From Octopus sinensis (taxonomy: Eukaryota): 64,000 nucleotides of DNA. The translations under genes were made by a program, and so were the position numbers. Below the pieces are notes generated by a model, which searched no databases, had not been told where the DNA came from, and worked only from the letters and a program-made list of their open reading frames with translations. Positions 55,150 through 64,000 of this stretch are shown piece after piece. Where the stretch lies: contig NC_042997.1 in the NCBI RefSeq assembly GCF_006345805.1, positions 79,608,001 to 79,672,000 of the forward strand, read 5' to 3'. Each line of letters starts with the position of its first letter. The stretch's first letter is position 1.

Positions 55150-55597
55150 TGTCACTGTCTGGAATCGAACTCGGAATCTTGGGGTTAGTAACCCGCGCTC
55201 TTAACCACTACGCCATATGCCCTGATGAAGGCTGGAGGGTTTTGTTAACAGCCGAAACGTTTTGTTAACAATAACCAAGATGAGTACAAATATCCGTCAA
55301 ATGTTAATAATTCTTCATCTCTTAACTATAGAACTGTATGCTCTTTTATGTTTTGATACTGGTGATACGTTTCTATCTTCAGTTTCTAGCACCTTACAAA
55401 CTTTACAAACGAAAGATCGAGACATTTCTAAATCGCTATGCTCAGCCTTTATAACCAGAATAACAGCATTCCTTTTCATTTTTTGAGTAAGCTGAGGGTC
55501 TGCCATTATTATTTTCAGAAACAAAGATTATACAGAGTTAGCAAAAAGGCTGCAATGACCCAAAAAAGGTATATTCTCAAATATCTTACGCACCCTG
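54020..55597 (-). mobile_element. Decayed maT/DD37D-like Tc1/mariner-superfamily transposon
   Basis: Perfect 19-bp TIRs CAGGGTGCGTAAGATATTT (54020-54038 and 55579-55597) with TA on both sides. Remnants KRLLNKLRNP, VMVLGVVSNE.HVMPP and PPNSPDLNPL. Interrupted at 54979-55310. Confidence 0.88.
54979..55310 (-). mobile_element. tRNA-headed SINE-like element with hammerhead-type PLE tail and inverted tail copy
   Basis: Head at 55222-55151 (A-box TGGCGTAGTGG, B-box-like GAGTTCGATTCC), (AAT)n, tail with degenerate HHR to 54979. An inverted tail copy at 55221-55310 has CUGAUGA-A-GGCUG..CAGCC-GAAACGUU. Confidence 0.82.
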
Positions 55598-55615
55598 TAT
55601 ATAAAAGAATTTGGG

Positions 55616-55693
<78 letters not shown>

Positions 55694-57072
55694 TCTGGGC
55701 TATGCAAAGGTTAGTCTGGTTGACACGACTATATGGCTTTAATTTTGCTTTGCAGTTGTGTGAATACACGTTCGAATCTACTGCACTGTAACTTACTCTT
55801 CTACCTTAGCTTAGGCATAACACAAATATTGTCCGTGAAAATGGGTAGAACAGTGTAGAATCCCGTCGGATGGGCTAAGCTGTCACCCTGTTTAATATCA
55901 GCACCTGGTTTTGGGGTGCCTTTCGTTGAGTCCATTCTGTTGTAAGTATTCTAACCGAGAACATCAAGATCTTACCTTTCATTTTGTCTCGGAAGTATTC
56001 GTAGAAAGGTAGCATCAATATGCTGTTTTCCACTTATTAGTCACAAAAAGTTGTATCTTCTCTTTTCCGAAACAGTCTAGCCCGAACTCCCATATCTGCC
56101 CAAATTCAGATTGCCTGTTAGAAAAATCATACGCGACAAATAACATGTGCCCACGCTCGAAAATAATACTATTCTTTCATAAGCAAAATTTCCGCCAGAG
56201 AACATTTTTAGAATATTTTGTCTGACAATATTTTGATAGTAATTCTAACGCACTAATTTGAATTGTCGTCTTTAAATTTAGTCCTGAGTAAAGAAACATA
56301 GTAGTTGTCAAAGATGTACAACTATTTGCAGAACCTAATTCAAAATTTACTTAAACATACACTTTTTCTCCCAGGGAAGGCACTGTTGAATAAATATATT
56401 AATTCCACCAGGATTTCTGGAATTCCTATGTGGATGATGAAATAGGTTCTTATGGGCATCATCATATAACAATTGCCGTAATTTACAAGATTATAAAACG
56501 TCTCAAAAGCTTTTAATGAAATGCCTGTCGTATCATACTTCATACATATATTTGATTATTTATGTAATATACATATATATTAATACATACATACACACAT
56601 ATACTCGTTTGTAAATAAAAGTAGATAAATGAACAGAATTCCTAAAGGCGTCTATTATTTCGGTTACAATTTGTTAAAATGCATACCAGCCCTAAAAGAA
56701 TAACCAAATACTGTTACAAGAAATTACCGAAAATAAATTATTTCTCGTTAATTCCAGTAGTTTTTAAGCTACGGGCAACCACTTACAATCCAGCATCTTT
56801 GAAAAAGTTAAAATCTGGTGCAGAAACGAAAAATTCAGCATGGTATCACATATCACTCGCAAAAAATTTGTAAAGCTTTGACATATTTCTAGTTTTATAA
56901 AGTTTGGAGAAGAGGTTTATCGAGGATTCAGTTAAATCTAGAATATATTATTAGCAGTTATTTTTTTTTCGACCTCAACGATGAAAGGTAAAAGTCTAAT
57001 GCTTTTAAGTTTCGGAACTTTAAGAGACGATACTACATTTTGAATTTTGCAAATTATTTTGTCCAGAGTCTA

Positions 57073-57541
57073 TCTCTTCTACTATCCACCACAATTTCTA
57101 TATTATAATTCTGAAATGCAAAAAGTTTGTTTGTCTGGTTTTGGTATTGGAACGTGTTAAATGGCCCTAGATCCCGTCGGATTGACTCCAAAATTTATAG
57201 GGACATGTAAAATGAGGTGAGGATGCCAGTGGGCTAGGTTAGAAGTCCCCAGCTTAAAAGGTGTCGTTGCAAGGGCCAAAAACGCACACTTTGACAAGTC
57301 TACTCTCATTCTTTTATGTGTCTGTCTTTCTCCATCTCTCTCTCTTTCCTCCCTTCCTCTCACCTTCTCTCTATAACGTCGCTTCACAGCGTCTATTATC
57401 TTTCCCCCGCCGCCATTGCATTCTATTATCTGCCTGTCTTTCCCCATCTCTCTCTCTCTTTCCTCCCTTCCTTTCACCTTCTCTCTATAACGTCGTTTGA
57501 TAGCGTCTACTATCTTTCCTCCGCCGCCTTTGCCAGCGCTG

Positions 57542-57572
<31 letters not shown>

Positions 57573-59177
57573 ACGTCTGTCTGCATTCATAGAGAGAATT
57601 ATCATCGCCACCACCACCACCACCACCACCACACAATCGTGAGAATCTTTCTCTTAAAACAAATAATCTTTAGGTTTCAAAATATTTGATTTTTCAGTCC
57701 TCTCTTTCATATATCACCTTTTCTTCCTCGATCTCTCTCTTTTCCCCTTCCCTCCATTTCTCTCTCTATAACGACGTTTGACACCTCCGCCGTCTCTCTT
57801 TCTTCTCCAACGCGTCTCTCAATGTATTTCTGTTTGTATCTATAAAGACGAAACGTGACAGCCCCAAAAGTTTAAATATTCCCACCACAGGTCTTTCAGA
57901 AAGGTGAATTATTATCTCCCACCACCACCGCACAATTATAACAGATATTATTTATCAGAAGATATGTTATTATTTTACGTGGATAAAAGATTTGCTGTGC
58001 TAAGAAACATTATACCCTTTTAAAGAATTTATTTGTATGCTCAAGGCGACCGTCGTTAACAAAAATTTGTCGGTAAATTTGAAAAATTTTCCAGTTTTGA
58101 AATATTTGCTTCTTAACTATTCTATTCGTTTTCTCATTCTAAACCTAATCATCTTTAGGTTTCCAAATATTTTATTTTTCAGATTTGCTTTTCAATATGC
58201 CTATGCGTAAGCGCTCCAACTTATCAAACCACCGAGCTAGAGTGAGGAAATTGCAAAAGAGGGAGGCACTTGCTCGGGTAATTTTTTGATTACTAAATAG
58301 CCTTTTTACCCAAAAGAAAAATATTTCTAATACGGGCTATTCGCTTGCCTTCTGGTGATAAGTTTCCGTTTTTAAATTTTATTTTTTAACATTTTACTTT
58401 ACTGACAATATTAAAATCATTGAGAGTGGACTAGGTTAGAAATCCCTATCTTAAAAGGTGTGGTTACTAGGGCAAAAAATGCACATTTTGACAAGTCTAC
58501 TCTCATTCAATTATCTGCCTGTCTTTCTTCATCTCTCTCTCTTTCTTTCCTCCCTTCCTTTCACTTTCTCTCTATAACGTCGTTTGATAGCGTCTACTAT
58601 CTTTCCTCCGCCGCCTTCAATATATTTAAACCCTTCGTCGTTATTCTCATTCACTCATTATTACTTTCTCTCTCCCCCTCTCTCTCTCTCTCTATCTATA
58701 TATAGAGAGAAAGATTCTCATGATTGTGTGGTGGTGGGGGTGGCGATGATAATTCTCTCTATGAATGCAAACAGACGTAGAGATAGAGAGAGTGACAGCG
58801 CTGGCGAAGACGGCGGAGGAAAGATAGTAGACGCTATCAAACGACGTTATAGAGAGAAAGTGAAAGGAAGGGAGAAAGTAATAATGAGTGAATGAGAATA
58901 ACGACGAAGAGTTTAAAAAGCGTAAAAATATTTTCTTTCTCAACTTACTCAAGATCTTTTGTTGTTTATAAATGGGAGAGTGATAGATAGAGAAAGATAG
59001 AGAGTAAGAGAAAGCGAGGGAAAATCCGAGAGAAATGAAGAGTAAGAGAGTGGGAAAGTGAGAGAGAAAGGAGAGAGAAACAAAGAGGAAGAATGTGGCG
59101 ATAAGAAACAGAAAGGAAGCAACAGAAAGTAACAACCACAACCTCACCCGCATGTAGAGCGGGTCACCTTAAGCTAG
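57073..59177 (+). mobile_element. Probable non-autonomous Helitron/Helentron-type element with internal duplications
   Basis: 3' end: hairpin acccgc-atgtaga-gcgggt (59146-59164), 9 nt, then CTAG|T (59174-59178). TC-initiated AT-rich 5' region near 57073-57100 (approximate). Internal direct and inverted CT/GA-rich modules. Confidence 0.55.
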
Positions 59178-60156
59178 TTCTAAAATAATAAGTAATCGTA
59201 AAGCAACATATTAACACTAACGTTCTTCTGTCGGATTAAAAAATCAAGATTGTTTAACCTTTCTTTTACTCGAATCTCTAGGTTCAAATACAGCTCAAAT
59301 GACGTTGATTAAATCAACTATAACCTTTTATAGACCAAGAGGCATAAATAGGTAAGATGTTAGACAACTTGCCAATGAATCTTTACATCAAATCTGCTAC
59401 AGGCGTTTCATTGCATTATATATACATTTATATGTTCGTCAGAGAACTTTATTCTACGTATATCACCTCAAATAGATATTGAAAATAGCTTTCAAATAAT
59501 TTTACAATGTTATTTGTGATACAGACTATGCAAGAAGTGATTTTATCTTCCAAACGCTTCATTCAACAAATTAGGAGCTAAGTACCTATTTTTAGAAGTT
59601 CATTAGAATTTAGTAACCATATTGCATAACACCTGATTTTGTATAAATTACATTTACGCCTCGTTAAAATGTATCCATTTCAACTAAACGTAGTTTATTA
59701 GCTGGTGTGCCAAATGAAACTGGGTATTCGCTTTTGTCACCAGTACTTCAGTTTTCTGCACAATTTGAAATCTTCATATTTTGTTAATTTTCTACATATT
59801 AATCTTACTTAATTTATGGTATAATTTTTAATTGATAGATTTAGAATAAAAAATTATAATAAATTATAAAAAGGTATATTACAAATTTTTTGAAAAATAT
59901 TGTGTAAGAAAAATCTAAATCTCGTACAAAATGAAAGTTATTCTAACAACACAGTAAAGCATGTAGAGCAGTTTGTTTCTAGATTATTAAACCTATTGTT
60001 TTGTAACTTCTTGTTAAAATTGCTCGGCAGTCTCTTGAATTTTGTAGTCTTCCGCTTACTTTTGTAGTACTTCCGCTTACGAAATTAATTGATAAAAACA
60101 TACTCAAAGATTCTGTCTAACAGGAAACTCCTTTGTTTTGCTATTCTACATGGGTG

Positions 60157-62352
60157 CAGGAGTGGCTGTGTGGTAAGTAGCTCGCTTACTGCTACCAAGT
60201 TGTCGCGTTGTTTTTCGTCGCAGTGGAAGTCACGTCGTACGTGAAAAATTGAACATTTGAAGCACGACTACAGGTAAAGCATTTGTTTTGGGGGAGTTTA
60301 GTGGGGTCTGCTGTTTGTATTTAAGTATTTTTTCGAACAAGGGTCTCCACTGGGTTCCAGGCATTTGTTTGCCAGTGGTCGTATAAAAATTCTCACTTTA
60401 TAATGAGAATTGTGTTTAATTTGGGAGGCGTGTCCTTCCGAAAATTTGTTGGTATTTTCGATGACTGTGTGCCCTTTCAAGTGGATTTTTACATAACGGA
60501 TTGGAGTACAGCCAGAGTTGGACGGAATACTATTTGTGCTGCAAAGGACTACCAGTTTGGATTACCAGAGTAGCAGAATCGTGTTGTGTTGTGTTGCCAT
60601 TTTGGACTATCTTCCTTCGCTCTTTCTTCTGCTGTCTGTCTTTCTGATCTTTTTGGGGTGTCTTTATAGACTTTCATTTGAGCATTTTGATTTTTGTTTG
60701 TAGATTTTTATTTTTGTTTTGGCTATTAACATGGCAACTGTGAAATCCGCTTTGGAGTGGCAAATTGTGACCCCCAAAGAATGGTTGAAAAATTATACAG
60801 AGAGAATGGTGGTGTTAAGAAGCTATTCCGGAGTCCTTCACACCATCAAGGTCTTCTCTCAGGAAGAAATTGAGGAGGAGTTGGCAGGCTATCTGCCAAC
60901 TGTTAAGTTTATCCGCAGGGGTGCGAAGTACGCAGCTGTGTGTACTTTTTGACACCCCTGCGGAAGCTCGTGATTTTGTGAGCATGCCTTTGGAGGGGGA
61001 AAATATTTTGTTTCTCCCTACTTATGGCGGTAGAAAGTTGACAAGAGCCTGGGTGTGTAGGCTGCCACCCGGTATAGAGGCCGAGTGAATAGAAGACAAT
61101 TTCCGTCGGGGCCTGGGTGGCGGCCAAACTCTTAAATGCAAAAATGTTGCCTGCGGTTGATTGGGTCGGGTCAAAAGCAATTTTTACCCTATGGACCCAA
61201 TCAGCCGATGATCTGGTTTTACCAGATTTTTTAACAGTGGCCGGTTCCAGGTATCCGGTGATGGTTGAGGGACGTAACCCCAAGTGTCACCTGTGCCTGG
61301 AATTGGGTCATATAAAGAAAGAACTGATACCGGACCAGGCAAGGGTCCTGGAACAGTTAATTGAAAAGATGTCCCCTACTCTCCCAGTGGAGGAAAAAGT
61401 CGAGGAGGAGGTAACCTCCTCGAAAACAAAGGGGAAGAAAAGAAAGAAGGTGGGCAACAATAGTTGCCCACCGATAGATCCTGAGATGGCGTGGGTAGGG
61501 AAGGTCCTCCGGAGATGTCGGAGTAACTCTACCCTCCCGTCGTAAAAGGAAAAAAGGAGAGAAAGAAGAAAAACAGGGCATTGCCGGCGACGGCATGTCC
61601 CGAAATTCCTTCGGTGGGATGTGTGTCACCGGAGGGGGAGAAGAAGATAACCTCGTCGGTGGGATGTATGCCACCGAGCGAGGGTGTTGAGGCCCCTCTC
61701 AGTGAAAGTGGTGAAGAATATATGTTCTTCTATCTGAGGGGAGGGGCTATTAACAGTTTCGTGGAGAATGATATGGATAGTCGGGTCCTGAGGGACCCGA
61801 CTTGTATTGACAACCCAGAGTGGCCTCCGCAGGTGGCTGCTCTAGTGCTGGAAAGAAAGTACTGTGATCTTATAATTTTGACTCGTGTAAAAACAAGAAT
61901 TATAGAATTCTTTTTTGGAGCTCCGGATTGCGGTTGCAAGAATGCCTGCAAGTCGCAAGAAAATTACTCGGCGAAGGATTGTAGAGGCTTATCGCATCCA
62001 ATTGTGCATAAATTGTGTTTTATATTTGTATGGACTTTTTAGTACAAATATATTGTATTTTAAATTGTAGTAACACCTTGGGCAAGTGTTTTCTACTATA
62101 GCCTCGGGCTGACCAAAGCATTGTGAGTGGATTTGGTAGCCGGAAACTGAAAGAAGCCTGTCGTATACATATATATATACTTGTGTGTCTGTGCTTGTCC
62201 CACTCCAACATCGCTTGACTACCGATACTGATGTTTACTTCCCCGTAACTGAGCGGTTCGGCAAAAGAGACATAGAATAAATACTAGGCTTACAAGTGGT
62301 GCTCCAGCATGGCTGCAGTCAAATGACTGAAACAAATAAAAGAATGAAAGAA
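60157..62352 (+). mobile_element. SINE family A split by a Tx1 derivative (pieces 60157-60198 and 62074-62352)
   Basis: The head gcaggagtggctgtgtggtaagtagctcgcttac stops, and the SINE resumes at caccttgggcaagtg. About 33 nt including the B-box are missing relative to 52694-53243. Confidence 0.82.
60199..62073 (+). mobile_element. ORF1-only Tx1/L1-like element (ORF1 about 60719-62042, disrupted)
   Basis: LPTYGGRKLTRAWVCRLPP and VMVEGRNPKCHLCLELGHIKKE, followed by a KGKKRKK basic patch. This parallels ORF1 at 20952-22706. No EN or RT follows. Confidence 0.75.
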
Positions 62353-62700
62353 TACGTCACAATCTGATGAAAACTACAGCATGTCTTACGTGATCAGCGT
62401 AGAGTATTCACTTCGAATTTTCCAAGTTCAATGACATTGGAATTTTTACGATATTTGAATCAATATAACTGCTCTTCGGCCCATTTAAGAAGTTGATGAT
62501 TTTATTTGCTGTAAATATAATGTAATTTTTGCGATGTGTAGTCCGGTGTTGTTTTGCAGTAAAATAGGAGTGGATCTGTTGACTAATCTAGGCTGGGTTT
62601 TTTTTGTAAGTTTCTGCATCATCTGGTCCAGTTGGCTGCAATATACTTCGGCCGTGATTGATGAGCCAGGTTTAATGAAATCATAATGGATCACGCCTGC
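62350..62700 (-). mobile_element. Mariner transposase remnant
   Basis: IHYDFIKPGSSITAEVYCSQLDQM...PRLVNRSTPILLQNN. Confidence 0.75.
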
Positions 62701-62898
62701 GCCAGACTACCAAACACAGATCATCAGCCTCTTTTGATAACTGTTGCATTCCAGCAGAGCCCATTTTACCTGCTTCTGCCCGGTCTCCACGGAAACCTAC
62801 ATGCAAAGAGAAATATATTGAACAACATATTCATTGCTGCACAAGCCACATACTCAGACTGCTGCACAACACCATATGCAATATCTTACTTTATATGT

Positions 62899-63130
62899 TG
62901 GTGTATGGCTTAGTGGTTAGGATATTCGGCTCACGATCATACGGTCGTGAGTTCAATTTCCGGCGATACGTTGTATCCTTGAGCAAGGCACTTTATTTCT
63001 CGTTGCTCCAGTCCACTCAGCGGGCAAAAATGAGTGTGACCAGCCTTGTCACACTCTGTGTCACGCTGAATCTCCCTGAGAACTACGTTAAAGGTATACG
63101 TGTCTGTGGAGTGCTCAGCCACTTACACGT
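62899..63130 (+). mobile_element. tRNA-derived SINE (family C)
   Basis: tggcttagtggttagg head and the core shared with 43744-43910. Confidence 0.8.
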
Positions 63131-64000
63131 CTCAAGGAATGTACACACAACCATGTATCCTTCTCCGTGTTCACTTTGAATTTAACATGTCATTATACTA
63201 TAATGAGTTGATTATAACCTAGATAACTTTTCTTATAACCTAGATTGTTGAAAACTTTAAAACTTTAGAGAATTTTAATTTCTCTCCTCTCTGACGCCTT
63301 CTATTTACAAAAGAAACCTGTTATTGAGTTTTTATTTAGCTTAATTATACTGTGACTAATTATTTAATAATTATAGATAAAACACTCATTAGCTTGTCTC
63401 AACTGGTAAATATTTTCTCTATTAATATGTCACGGTATAATTAAGCCAAATAAAATTAATTAAACTTGCTATACTAGAAGAATATTGTTGCTAAATGGAA
63501 AGTTTGCATTATGCTTTGCTATCATAGCAGTAGTAAGTGAAAACTCGCTGCAAGACCAGCTGATAACAGCAGAAATCTTCAAAGGAAGAACTCCCATCAA
63601 GCAAGTGTTTCAATCTGTTATTTCCTGGCATTGTAAAGGTGCTGAATCTACTAAGGTCATGATTTCTAGGTGTTCTGCTGTTTTTGAAATACTACCATTA
63701 GTGAGTATTGAACCTGGAACCTTCAGATGATCTTATTCCCCTGATCTGGATGTATATCCCTCGGTCACGAAGACCACCGAATAAACTTGCACAATAGATC
63801 TATTTCAATTTCGCCTTTTATCCTACGATTGTCTGTTAAACGGCTGGTAATATTCTTTTTCAGCTCCATGTTTTAGTTAGTCGTTTATCTTTTATCTTCT
63901 ATCTTCTATTCGTTTCAGTCATTAAACTGTGGCTATGCATGGCATCACCTTGAAGGATTTCAGTCGAACAAATCGATCCCAGAACTTAGTTTTTAAGCCT

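Noticed and set aside
55151-55222. Possible tRNA gene
   Set aside because: A and B boxes are present but the acceptor stem does not close, and it runs into (AAT)n. It is better explained as a SINE head.
63485-63730. Possible host exon (81-aa ORF, nearby GTAAGT)
   Set aside because: No recognisable domain in any frame and no partner exons; it cannot be supported without transcript data.

Overview
AT-rich, microsatellite-dense eukaryotic DNA made almost entirely of transposable-element relics. An octopod cephalopod origin is my inference from the SINE families and the (AT)n/(AC)n/(TATC)n load; it is unverified. I can support no host protein-coding exon, rRNA, true tRNA gene or CRISPR array, and most ORFs in the track are microsatellite translations. 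Recognisable content: (1) many Penelope-like element (PLE) pieces, including a frameshifted RT+GIY-YIG ORF, three endonuclease-only fragments and about eight different hammerhead-ribozyme (HHR) sequence families, five with an unaltered catalytic core and cleavable triplet; (2) a near-full-length Tx1/L1-clade LINE and a 5'-truncated relative nested in one (TATC)n array, plus an ORF1-only Tx1 derivative; (3) R4/Dong, RTE and older LINE relics; (4) Tc1, mariner and maT-like DNA transposons; (5) a probable non-autonomous Helitron; (6) several tRNA-derived SINE families. The most notable observations are a tRNA-headed SINE-like element with a hammerhead-type PLE tail and a PLE-style inverted terminal copy, repeated inverted duplications that run from PLE ends through a microsatellite into flanking DNA, and apparent (TATC)n targeting by Tx1 with a 32-bp target-site duplication. 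All alignments and folds were done by eye; family names come from motif recognition, not database searches.
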